Source of the DNA: an uncultured Christensenellaceae bacterium
GTDB lineage: Bacteria; Bacillota; Clostridia; Christensenellales; CAG-1252
Reading direction: 5' to 3'
Length of the DNA stretch: 64,000 nt
Assembly: GCA_964368645.1 (NCBI GenBank)
Contig: CAYJBY010000011.1
Location: forward strand, 19,239 to 83,238
Shown here: piece by piece, positions 49,531 through 59,241 of the stretch
How positions within the stretch are numbered: position 1 is the stretch's first letter
Layout: the number at the start of each line of letters is the position of its first letter
Made by a program: the position numbers and the translations under genes
Notes under the pieces: model-generated
What the model was told of the DNA's origin: nothing
Databases searched by the model: none
What the model saw: only the letters and a program-made list of their open reading frames with translations

Positions 49531-51930
49531 ATGGTAGTACTTTTCAGTTGGTTAAAAGATTTTGTTGATATAGACGTTACGCCCGTTGTACTTGCGGACA
49601 AGCTCGTCAAGGCAGGCTTTGAAATCGAGTCTATAACAGACCTTTCCGAAGCGTGCAAGAACATAGTAGTAGGTAAGATTCTTTCTATCGAAAAACACCC
49701 CAATGCGGATAAACTTTTGGTGTGCAAAATCGACGTTGGAACAGAGATTCTTCAGATTGTAACAGGAGCGCACAACGTAAGCGTTGGCGACATCGTTCCC
49801 GTGTGCAAGGACGGAGCGGTGTTACCCTCCGGTAAGAAAATAGTGTCGGGTGAGCTTCGCGGCGTTATGAGCAGCGGTATGCTTTGCGGCGGCAGTGAGC
49901 TTGGACTTACCGCTTCCGATTATGAAGCGGCAGGCGTGGACGGCATTTTCCTTATGGAAGACAAATATCCGCTTGGTACGGATATTAACGAGGTTCTGGG
50001 AACTAACGATTACCTCTTGGACGTGGAAGTCACGGCTAACCGTCCCGATTGCAACAGCATAATTGGCGTTGCCCGTGAGGTTGCCGCCGTTTTGAACAAG
50101 CCCTTTAAGGAGTTAGAGTCGGATTTTAACTTCAAAACCGAAGGTAAGGTTCAGGACTACGTAAGCGTTACCGTTAAGGCAGAGGATTTGTGCCCCAGAT
50201 ATATGGCGGCGGCGGTTAAGAATATAGTTATCCGTCAGTCCAGTGAGCTAATAAGACGCAGATTGCGCTTGGTTGGTTTACGTCCTATCAATAACGTGGT
50301 TGATATTACTAACTACGTTCTAACCGAAGTAGGTCAACCTATGCACGCTTTCGATTCTCGCTTACTCAACAATTCCGCTATAGTGGTGCGCCGCGCCCAA
50401 GAGAACGAGGTTATCGTTACCTTAGACGGCAAGGAAAACAAGCTCACCTCTGAAAATCTTGTGATTTGCGACGACACTAAGCCTGTTGCTCTCGCAGGCG
50501 TTATGGGCGGTCTTAATTCGGGCATTAACGACTCAACAGAGACGATTATTTTCGAGTCCGCCAGATTTAAGAGAGATAACATAAGACGTACATCCCGTAA
50601 TCTCGGTATCCGTTCCGACAGCAGCAGTCGTTTCGAGAAGGGTATCGACTTCAAGAGTCAGGAAATCGCTCTTTCCAGAGCCTTACAGCTCATTGAGAGC
50701 GAGGGCGCAGGTACTGTTGTAGGCGGATATATCGACGTTATGAGCGGTAACAGCGGCAATAGAACGCTTACCGTTTCCACCGAAAAAATCAACGCTATTT
50801 TAGGTATCGTTATTCCTGTTGCGGATATGGTATCCATACTTAACCGCTTACAGCTTAAGACGGTAGCTAACGGCACAACGCTGACTATTGACGTTCCGGG
50901 GTACCGTGAGGATATAGAGACCGCCAACGACGTAAGCGAGGAGATTATCCGCTTGTTTGGTTACGACAATATCGTAAGTGCGAAGCTGGACGGTATGGAA
51001 CAGACTCACGGCGGCAGAATGGAAAAGGATTTGTGGATTGGCAAGATCAAAACCCTGCTTTCAGGCACCGCGAAATTCAGCGAGATAGTAAGCTACTCCT
51101 TTATTCCTTCCGGATTTGCAGACAGTCTTAAGCTGAAAGCTGACGACAAGCGCCGTCAGGTTATCAAAATAATCAATCCTCTTAGCGACGATATGGCGGT
51201 TATGCGTACCGATTTGGTTTACAGTATGCTGACGACCGTAACTGGCAATATTCTAAGAGGTAACAAGAACGTAAAGCTGTACGAGGTTGCAAAAGTGTAT
51301 TTGCCGAAATCTCTACCGCTTACCGACACCGCAGACGAACCCGAAACGCTTATTCTTGCAGAAAGCGGTGAGGATAGCGATTTTTATTCGCTTAAGGCTA
51401 CGGTATGCGACCTAGCGGCGAAACTCAATCTTACTCTTGACTTTGATAAGAACGAAGAAGAGTTTTTGCACCCCGGCAGACGCGCAAGCGTACTGCTTAA
51501 GGGCAATAAGGTCGGTTTTATCGGAGAGGTACATCCTCTTGTGGCGGAAGGCTTTAAGTGCGACCAGAGAATCTACGTCTGCGAGCTGAATTTAGAAGCT
51601 CTTATTGCCGATGCGAAGGTCTTTTTGCCTTACGTGGGGATTTCCAGATATCCTGCGATTTCCAGAGATTTGGCTTTCGTTTTGGACGAGAATATCAACG
51701 CAGGCGACCTGCTAAAGTGCGTTAAAAACGCCGCAGGCGAGCTGTTGGAGAATATCGAGATATTCGACGTTTACCAAGGCAAGGGCGTTGCGGAGGGCAA
51801 AAAGAGCATCGCTCTAAGCCTATCCTTCCGTGCGGCTGACAGAACCTTGGTTGATAAGGAAGTCGTGGAGATTGTTGAGAATATTCTCTCCGCGGCGAAG
51901 TCCGAATTGCAAGCAACCTTGAGAGAGTAG
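49531..51930 (+). CDS. pheT: Phenylalanine--tRNA ligase beta subunit
   Basis: HPNADKL, TANRPDC, DITNYV, RFEKG, RDLAF. Confidence 0.97.
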   Translation: MVVLFSWLKDFVDIDVTPVVLADKLVKAGFEIESITDLSEACKNIVVGKILSIEKHPNADKLLVCKIDVGTEILQIVTGAHNVSVGDIVPVCKDGAVLPSGKKIVSGELRGVMSSGMLCGGSELGLTASDYEAAGVDGIFLMEDKYPLGTDINEVLGTNDYLLDVEVTANRPDCNSIIGVAREVAAVLNKPFKELESDFNFKTEGKVQDYVSVTVKAEDLCPRYMAAAVKNIVIRQSSELIRRRLRLVGLRPINNVVDITNYVLTEVGQPMHAFDSRLLNNSAIVVRRAQENEVIVTLDGKENKLTSENLVICDDTKPVALAGVMGGLNSGINDSTETIIFESARFKRDNIRRTSRNLGIRSDSSSRFEKGIDFKSQEIALSRALQLIESEGAGTVVGGYIDVMSGNSGNRTLTVSTEKINAILGIVIPVADMVSILNRLQLKTVANGTTLTIDVPGYREDIETANDVSEEIIRLFGYDNIVSAKLDGMEQTHGGRMEKDLWIGKIKTLLSGTAKFSEIVSYSFIPSGFADSLKLKADDKRRQVIKIINPLSDDMAVMRTDLVYSMLTTVTGNILRGNKNVKLYEVAKVYLPKSLPLTDTADEPETLILAESGEDSDFYSLKATVCDLAAKLNLTLDFDKNEEEFLHPGRRASVLLKGNKVGFIGEVHPLVAEGFKCDQRIYVCELNLEALIADAKVFLPYVGISRYPAISRDLAFVLDENINAGDLLKCVKNAAGELLENIEIFDVYQGKGVAEGKKSIALSLSFRAADRTLVDKEVVEIVENILSAAKSELQATLRE

Positions 51931-54128
51931 TGGAGTTACTGGCACCCTCGGGAAGCATAGCCGCGCTGAAATGTGCGGTTCATAACGGAGCAGACGCGGT
52001 TTACTTTGGCTTAGGCGAGTTGAACGCCAGAAGTAAATGCCTTGATTTCGTTTGCAGTAATCTATCCGAATGGGTAGATTATTGCCATTTATACGGAGTT
52101 AAGGTTTACGTTACCGTCAACACCTCTGTTAAGCAAAGTGAGGTTGGCAGGGTTAAGGAACTGATTACTCAAATCGACAAGGCTAAAGCCGATGCGGTCA
52201 TAGCCTGTGATCCCGCCGTAATAGAAACGGTGAAAACATATACCGATATGCCCTTACACGTCAGCACGCAAGGCGGTGTGCATAATCTTCCGTCCGCTTT
52301 GTTTTACAAGGCATTAGGCGCGGATAGGGTAATACTTTCCAGAGAATGTCGTTTGGACGATATGGCGGCAATCAAAGCGTCAGGGCTTGAGGTAGAGGTT
52401 TTTGTACAGGGTGCACTATGTATCTCAATGTCGGGCGGCTGTCTGATGTCGGCGGCGGCAAGCAGCTTAAGCGGTAATCGCGGCAGATGCCTACAGCTTT
52501 GCAGAAGACTATACACCTGCGAGGAGAACGGAGCGAAAGGCTATTTGCTCTCGGCTAAGGATATGTGTCTTATACGCCGTCTTAAGCAACTGCGGCAGGT
52601 CGGCGTTGCCAGCATCAAAATCGAAGGCCGCAATCGTCGTGCGGAATACAGCGGAATTACGGTGGCAAGCTACCGCAAGGCGTTGGATAACGAGTTATCC
52701 GTAACGGAACTTGAGCGTATAGACAGAGAACTTGTCAAGGTGTTTTATCGCGGATATACCGAGGGATACGACAAGGATAGATTTACTGTCAATCCGCTTT
52801 GCCAGAACCATATCGGCTTAGAAATCGGCAAGGTGGCGAAAATCGAGGTTATAAAAGGCTTTTGTAACGCTTACGTCAAATCCTCTTTTCCGATTCAAAA
52901 GGGCGACGGACTCAAGATAATGCGCGACAACAGGGAAGTAGGCGGCTCCGACGTGACCTCTTCGGTTTTCGTAGACGGGCTATACAAGGTGCCCGTCAGC
53001 AACGGTGTAAAAGTAGGCGACGAAGTACGAATAACTACGGATTCCGCTCAAAACGCTCAGGTGTTGAAGAACGTGAAAACGCTGGACGTGGATATGCGGT
53101 TATACGCCGACAACGGCAACGCAAGACTTGATTGCACCTGTCGCGGCGTTACGGTTTCCTCTGCGGTCAATGCGCCCAAAACCGATAATCCGTCCTTCCT
53201 TGACCGAGCTAAAAGTCAGCTTGTTAAGTGCGGTGGAACAGCTTTTTCGTGCAGAACTCTTGAAACGGACGATTCCTTTGAGCTGAAAAATTCCGAGCTT
53301 AACGCATTAAGGCGCGACGCTTTGGATAAGCTTCGCTTTGAACTGATAAGCGGCTACGTTCGCAAAAAGGCTGTCAATACTCTAACAAACGACGTCAAAA
53401 CAACAGAAAGAAAGGGGATTGACGAGATATACATTACCGACTCTGCGGAAAAGGCTGCGCGGCTTAACGGTCGCAACGCTTATTTCGTGGCGTTGATTAA
53501 GGACATTAACAATATCCGAGCTGAGGTTGCCGAGTATAATCGGTATAATATTACCCCTTACCTTATGCTGCCGCGGCTTGCCAGAGTACAAGACCTTGAA
53601 GTGCTAAGGAATTATGTTCAAACGGACAAGCCTAAACTGTATGCCGATAATAACTACGTGGTTGAGCTTGCCAGAGAATACGGTTTAAGCTATATCGCAG
53701 GTATCGGACTTAACGTATATAATTCGGTATCATTAGAGTATTACCGCGATGCTGACGCTGTGGTGCTTTCTCCCGAAATCGGGGTGGGATATTTCGCCAA
53801 TCAAGGGTGTTTCGTCTTTGCTGAGGGTTACCTTCCGCTAATGACATTTGCTCATTGTCCTCACCGTACCGTAACGCAGACAGACTGCGGCTCCTGCAAG
53901 GAACGCTGTAAGCCCTTAACCTATACGGACGAAAGCGGAAGAGCTTTTGCGTTGAGGGGTATCAGACTCAAAAACGAATGTCAATTTACGCTTTACAATT
54001 ATATGCCAACGGTTATTAAGCAAACTGAAGGCTACGGCAAGCTGACTAGCCTAATAGGAGTAAAGGACGTAAAAGAACTAACGGCAGTCAAGCATAACAG
54101 CGGTTTTGCCGACAAGGAAGTATTATGA
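51930..54128 (+). CDS. U32 family Fe-S protein (RlhA-like long form)
   Basis: ELLAPSG, GADAVY, ALCISMSGGC...NRGRCLQLCR, KIEGR. Confidence 0.88.
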   Translation: MELLAPSGSIAALKCAVHNGADAVYFGLGELNARSKCLDFVCSNLSEWVDYCHLYGVKVYVTVNTSVKQSEVGRVKELITQIDKAKADAVIACDPAVIETVKTYTDMPLHVSTQGGVHNLPSALFYKALGADRVILSRECRLDDMAAIKASGLEVEVFVQGALCISMSGGCLMSAAASSLSGNRGRCLQLCRRLYTCEENGAKGYLLSAKDMCLIRRLKQLRQVGVASIKIEGRNRRAEYSGITVASYRKALDNELSVTELERIDRELVKVFYRGYTEGYDKDRFTVNPLCQNHIGLEIGKVAKIEVIKGFCNAYVKSSFPIQKGDGLKIMRDNREVGGSDVTSSVFVDGLYKVPVSNGVKVGDEVRITTDSAQNAQVLKNVKTLDVDMRLYADNGNARLDCTCRGVTVSSAVNAPKTDNPSFLDRAKSQLVKCGGTAFSCRTLETDDSFELKNSELNALRRDALDKLRFELISGYVRKKAVNTLTNDVKTTERKGIDEIYITDSAEKAARLNGRNAYFVALIKDINNIRAEVAEYNRYNITPYLMLPRLARVQDLEVLRNYVQTDKPKLYADNNYVVELAREYGLSYIAGIGLNVYNSVSLEYYRDADAVVLSPEIGVGYFANQGCFVFAEGYLPLMTFAHCPHRTVTQTDCGSCKERCKPLTYTDESGRAFALRGIRLKNECQFTLYNYMPTVIKQTEGYGKLTSLIGVKDVKELTAVKHNSGFADKEVL

Positions 54129-56482
54129 TAGATTTCAAAACGCTGAAAACACTGGAGCTGGATAAGATACTCGAAAGGGTGTCTGCTTTTGCCGTTTCCG
54201 AAAAAGGAAAATCCATTGTCAGAAGCACAATGCCCTGCGAGAGCGTAGCGGCGTGTGAAAGAGAATTAACCTTGACTGCGGAGGCGTACGACGTTATGTA
54301 CACCTACGGAGTATATCCGAGCTTGGGAATCGACGACGTAACCGAGGCCTTGAAAATCTCGGAAAAGCTTTCAATGCTGACTATGGGCGAACTGCTTAGA
54401 ATCGCAGACGTGCTTAAGGTTTCCCGCCTTGTCAAGGCAGGTATCCTTCATATCGAAGCGCGGCTTCCCAACCTAAAAGCCTATGCCGCCGACCTGTACG
54501 TTGCGCCTATGCTGGAAAAGGATATTACTGACAGCATCATTTCCGATACCGAAATGTCGGACAACGCTTCACCCGAGCTTGCCGCCATAAGACGCAATAT
54601 CAAAAAGGCCAACGACAAGCTTCGCGATAAGCTGAACAGCTATATTACTTCCTCCGAATACTCCAAGTATCTTCAGGACAACATTATTACAATGCGTGAG
54701 GACAGATACGTAATACCCGTTAAAAGCGACGCAAGAGGTGCGATTAAGGGGCTGATTCACGACCAATCCACATCCGGACAGACGGTATATATAGAGCCTT
54801 TGGCGATAGTTGAGCTCAATAACGAGTTGCGCTCCCTTGTTTTGGACGAGCAGAAGGAAATCGAAAAGATACTTCATCAGCTGACGGTGAGAGTCGGCAC
54901 TGATGCAAAAGCCTTTTTGCAGAACTTCGATATCATCACCGAAATGGACGTGGTTTTCGCACGTGCAATATACTCGCGCGATATAAGAGGTACGATGCCC
55001 ACCGTTAATGAAAACGGATTGATCGACATAAGGAAGGGCAGACACCCCCTTATTCCCAAGGAAAAGGTAATTCCTATCTCCGTTAATCTCGGCAAGGCTT
55101 TTGATATTTTGCTGATTACAGGACCTAACACAGGCGGCAAAACCGTCACCTTAAAAATGACAGGACTGCTTTGCCTTATGGGTATGTGCGGATTATTTAT
55201 TCCTGCCGCCTCGGACAGCGTAATCGGATTTTATCCGAAAATTTTCTGCGACATAGGCGATGAGCAAAGCATAGAGCAGAACTTATCGACTTTTTCCTCT
55301 CATATTTCCAATATCGTTTATATTCTGGACAGACTTGATAAGGATTGTCTGCTTTTAATCGACGAAATCGGCGTGGGAACCGATCCCGAAGAGGGAGCGG
55401 CTTTGGCTGTTGCCGTTACCGACTACGTCAAGAACTCAGGCGCACGTTCTGTTATCACCACTCATTACTCCTCGCTAAAGGAGTATTCTTACGTTACGGA
55501 GAGGGTTGAGAACGCTTGTATGGATTTTAACCCCACGACCTATGCTCCGACCTATAATCTAATAATCGGTATTCCCGGTACGTCCAACGCCTTGGAGATT
55601 TCTGCCGCGCTTGGAATGAAACCCGAGATAATTAACGCCGCAAAAAGCGGTATAACAAGAGAAAAACGCTCCTTTGAAGAGGTGATTCAATCCGCCGATT
55701 TTGCAAGAAGAAAGGCAGAAGACGAGGCGGAAAACAACGTAAGACTTAATGCAGAACTGGAATCTGCGCGGAAAGCATTGGAGCAATCGAAAGCAGAACT
55801 GGACGCTACAAGACAAAAGCTGACGGTGAACGCCCGTAAGGAAGTTAAGCGAATGACCGAAAACGCTCTGGGCGAGGTAAACAAAATTCTCGACGAATTA
55901 AAGACGATAGTTGACAATCCCACCGAGGGCAGTTTCTTCCGCGCGGCGAAGCTTCGCAAGCAGATTGAAGCCTTAGACGTGGAGGACGAGCCCGAAACCG
56001 ATAAGCCCGAAACGGTTGAAGAACCGCCGTCTGTGGGCGATTGGGTATTCGTTACAACGCTTAACTCCACAGCACAATTAGTTGAAATCAACAAGAATAA
56101 CGAATATCTGGTTAAGCTTGGCGGCATTAAAACCCGTGTGCGTAAAAAGAACGTGCTTAAGCTTAAAAAACAACCCGAAGCTCAACAGGAAAAGAAGTAT
56201 CAAAAAAAGACTCCTGCAAGCAGAGGGCTCATCAATACGCCGTTGGTTTCGGAGATTAATCTTATCGGTCAAACCTGTGACGAGGCGATTTATAATTTGG
56301 AAAAGTATATCGACAGCTGTAAGCTTTCAGGACTTTCAAGCGTAAGAATCATTCACGGAAAGGGCACAGGCAGACTTCGCGCCGCAGTTTGGGAATACCT
56401 TAACGACGCAGGCGTTTTGGAGTACAGATTAGGCAAGTACGGTGAGGGCGGCGACGGCGTAACCGTTGCCAGATTGCTATGA
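54125..56482 (+). CDS. mutS2: Endonuclease MutS2 (Smr domain)
   Basis: ITGPNTGGKT, DEQSIEQNLSTFSSH, IIHGKGTG. Confidence 0.95.
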   Translation: MIDFKTLKTLELDKILERVSAFAVSEKGKSIVRSTMPCESVAACERELTLTAEAYDVMYTYGVYPSLGIDDVTEALKISEKLSMLTMGELLRIADVLKVSRLVKAGILHIEARLPNLKAYAADLYVAPMLEKDITDSIISDTEMSDNASPELAAIRRNIKKANDKLRDKLNSYITSSEYSKYLQDNIITMREDRYVIPVKSDARGAIKGLIHDQSTSGQTVYIEPLAIVELNNELRSLVLDEQKEIEKILHQLTVRVGTDAKAFLQNFDIITEMDVVFARAIYSRDIRGTMPTVNENGLIDIRKGRHPLIPKEKVIPISVNLGKAFDILLITGPNTGGKTVTLKMTGLLCLMGMCGLFIPAASDSVIGFYPKIFCDIGDEQSIEQNLSTFSSHISNIVYILDRLDKDCLLLIDEIGVGTDPEEGAALAVAVTDYVKNSGARSVITTHYSSLKEYSYVTERVENACMDFNPTTYAPTYNLIIGIPGTSNALEISAALGMKPEIINAAKSGITREKRSFEEVIQSADFARRKAEDEAENNVRLNAELESARKALEQSKAELDATRQKLTVNARKEVKRMTENALGEVNKILDELKTIVDNPTEGSFFRAAKLRKQIEALDVEDEPETDKPETVEEPPSVGDWVFVTTLNSTAQLVEINKNNEYLVKLGGIKTRVRKKNVLKLKKQPEAQQEKKYQKKTPASRGLINTPLVSEINLIGQTCDEAIYNLEKYIDSCKLSGLSSVRIIHGKGTGRLRAAVWEYLNDAGVLEYRLGKYGEGGDGVTVARLL

Positions 56483-56946
56483 CGGATTATTACGAGTATT
56501 GCGACAGGTGTAATATCAGATGGCGCGTTATTCTCAAACTGATACTTTTGTACGTTGGTTGGGCCGCTTTTTTTCTATCCGTTCTCATACTTATTTTCGG
56601 CTTGATTTTGGAGCGTTATTGGTCGATACTGCTATTCTTTATGCTTATCGGCGCAGGACTTGTTTTAGGAAGTATCGGACACCTTTTAACTACCGATTAC
56701 AAATACGTAATCAACGGCTCTAAGCTGATAATTCAAAAGGGCAAGGGATACAAAAAATTTTCTATTGCAGAACAGCTTGACATTGCGGATATCGTGGATA
56801 TAACGGACGGCTGTAGCCTTGACGCGGTCAAATACTTCAACGGCAACGGCGAAATCGTTACGATAACCGCCGATGATAACAGAGTTATTGCAATTTGCAC
56901 GGATAAATATATGCTTTCAATATTGGAACGGAGTACAGAACTATGA
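56479..56946 (+). CDS. Hypothetical 2-TM membrane protein
   Basis: Two TM helices followed by a beta-rich domain (DYKY...LIIQK); overlaps both neighbours by 4 bp. Confidence 0.7.
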   Translation: MTDYYEYCDRCNIRWRVILKLILLYVGWAAFFLSVLILIFGLILERYWSILLFFMLIGAGLVLGSIGHLLTTDYKYVINGSKLIIQKGKGYKKFSIAEQLDIADIVDITDGCSLDAVKYFNGNGEIVTITADDNRVIAICTDKYMLSILERSTEL

Positions 56947-58076
56947 TATATCTTGATAACGCGGCAACGACCAAAATGCAGGAATGCTGCCTTCCTATTA
57001 TCGCAAAGTACGGAAGAGAGGAGTTTTTTAACCCATCTGCTCTTTACGCGCCTGCAATCGCGGTTTCCAACGCAATTGCCTCAGCCAGATACAAATTGGC
57101 TTCCCTTTTAGGGGTTGGCGAGGATACGATTTTTTTCACGTCCTCGGGCTCGGAAAGCGATAATCAGGTTTTGCAATGCGCACGAAAAAAGAAAAACGGA
57201 CGAATAATTATTTCCGCCGTTGAACATTCGGCTATTTACAATACCGCTATGGAACTGAAGAACCGCGGCTATGACGTGGTTTGCGCGGACGTTGACAGTA
57301 ACGGCAGGGTTATAATCGAGCGTTACAGAGAGTTACTCACTCCTGAAACAACCCTCGTTTCCATTATGCACGTCAATAACGAAACGGGTGCAATCAATCC
57401 GATTAAGGAACTGGTTGAGATTACAAAAGCCTATAACAAGGGTATCCTGTTTCACTCGGACGGCGTACAGGCGTTTTGCAAAATCCCAGTCAATCTTGCG
57501 GCTTTGGGCGTGGATTTTTACTCACTTAGCGGTCACAAAATCGGTGCGCCTAAGGGGGTTGCCGCTTTATACGTAAAGCACGGTTTGCATATATCGCCGC
57601 TGATATACGGCGGCGGACAGGAGAAGGGCGTTCGCTCGTCAACCGAAAACGTGGCAGGCATTGTTTGCTTCGCCGCCGCGGCAGAAAACGCTTTTGCGCT
57701 GATGCCCAAGCTGAAAGCGTTATCGCAGGAGCTTTTCGGTAACGTCAAGGCAGGACTTCCGCTTATGGCAGAAACGATAACGGTTTCTCCCGACAACGGT
57801 GCGCCGCATATATTTACCCTTGCACTTAACGGTGTTAGGGGAGAGGTTATGATGCATACGTTGGAAAAGTACGGCATTGCAGTGGGAATCGGCTCAGCCT
57901 GTTCCTCAAAAAGCGGCATTGGCAGGATTCCGCAAGCTTTGGGCTTGGACGACGCGCACAGAGAGGGCATAATACGGCTAAGTATCTCCGCAGAGAACGA
58001 TCCCGAGGACGGTAAAGCGGTAATCGAGGCTATGACAAAAGAATACGCGGATTTAGTCCGCTACAAGAGGGTGTAA
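56943..58076 (+). CDS. Cysteine desulfurase (NifZ/IscS-like, thiI-linked)
   Basis: YLDNAATT, SGHKIG, GSACSS. Confidence 0.92.
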   Translation: MIYLDNAATTKMQECCLPIIAKYGREEFFNPSALYAPAIAVSNAIASARYKLASLLGVGEDTIFFTSSGSESDNQVLQCARKKKNGRIIISAVEHSAIYNTAMELKNRGYDVVCADVDSNGRVIIERYRELLTPETTLVSIMHVNNETGAINPIKELVEITKAYNKGILFHSDGVQAFCKIPVNLAALGVDFYSLSGHKIGAPKGVAALYVKHGLHISPLIYGGGQEKGVRSSTENVAGIVCFAAAAENAFALMPKLKALSQELFGNVKAGLPLMAETITVSPDNGAPHIFTLALNGVRGEVMMHTLEKYGIAVGIGSACSSKSGIGRIPQALGLDDAHREGIIRLSISAENDPEDGKAVIEAMTKEYADLVRYKRV

Positions 58077-58077
58077 T

Positions 58078-59241
58078 ATGGAAAAAGTAATTTTAATCAG
58101 ATACGGTGAGATTTATCTTAAGGGCAGAAACAAAGTATTCTTTGAGAAGATGCAGTCCGATAATATAAAACGTGCCTTAAAGGGGATAAAATGCACTCTC
58201 GTTAAGGTTCACAGCAGACTTTTCCTTGAGGGCTTCGAGGAAGAATATACCGATATGCTGATCGGCAAACTCCGTAACGTATTCGGCTTGCACTCGGTAA
58301 GCCCTGCCTATAAGGTGGATACCGATTACGAGCTTATCGGCAAGCTTTGTCAAGAGGCGGCGCCTAACAGCGGCAGTTTTAGAATCACTGTCAACAGAGC
58401 GGACAAAACCCTTGCGGAAAGCTCCTTGCAAATCGCGGCTATGCTGGGCGGTGCGGTTTTAGACGCAAAGCCTAACCTTAGAGTTGACCTATTCAACGCG
58501 GATAAGGAAATCTTTGTCGATATAAGAGAAAACAAAACCTCTTACGTCTTCTTAGATAAGATTATGTGCCGCGGAGGTATGCCTGTCGGCAGTTCGGGCA
58601 GTGGTCTGGCTCTTCTGTCAGGCGGAATCGACAGCCCCGTCGCAGTTTATCAAATGGCAAAGCGCGGTTTGAGGATTTGCGGACTGCATTTTCACAGCTT
58701 CCCGTACACCAGCCTTAAGGCTAAGGAGAAGGTGGTCGATTTAGCTCAAAAACTTACCGATTATTGCGGACATATCAGGCTTTTCGTGGTTCCGTTCACC
58801 GAGATACAGCAGGAGATTCACAGACTTTGCCCCGCTGAATTTATGATTACGATTATGCGCCGTATTATGATGCGTATTGCGGAGCGTATGGCTCTTAAAA
58901 ACGGTTGTGGCAGTATAATCAGCGGTGAAAGTTTGGCTCAGGTGGCTTCGCAAACCCAAGAGAGCATTCTCGTCACGAATAAGGTTATCGAGTTGCTTCC
59001 CGTTTTCCGTCCGCTTATCGGTATGGATAAAGAGGATATTATTACCATAGCCCGTGACATCGGAACCTTTGATACAAGTATTCTGCCTTACGAGGATTGC
59101 TGTACCGTATTTCTTCCGAAAAACCCCGTTATCAAGCCGAAGCTTGCAGTTATCGAGGAAGCCGAATCAGCCCTTGACCTTGAAAAACTGATTGAGGACG
59201 CTATTGCCAATATCGAGATTATCGACGTCAATCCTAGGTAA
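58078..59241 (+). CDS. thiI: tRNA 4-thiouridine synthase ThiI
   Basis: RYGEIYLKG, THUMP domain, SGGIDS, QVASQT, EDCC. Confidence 0.95.
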   Translation: MEKVILIRYGEIYLKGRNKVFFEKMQSDNIKRALKGIKCTLVKVHSRLFLEGFEEEYTDMLIGKLRNVFGLHSVSPAYKVDTDYELIGKLCQEAAPNSGSFRITVNRADKTLAESSLQIAAMLGGAVLDAKPNLRVDLFNADKEIFVDIRENKTSYVFLDKIMCRGGMPVGSSGSGLALLSGGIDSPVAVYQMAKRGLRICGLHFHSFPYTSLKAKEKVVDLAQKLTDYCGHIRLFVVPFTEIQQEIHRLCPAEFMITIMRRIMMRIAERMALKNGCGSIISGESLAQVASQTQESILVTNKVIELLPVFRPLIGMDKEDIITIARDIGTFDTSILPYEDCCTVFLPKNPVIKPKLAVIEEAESALDLEKLIEDAIANIEIIDVNPR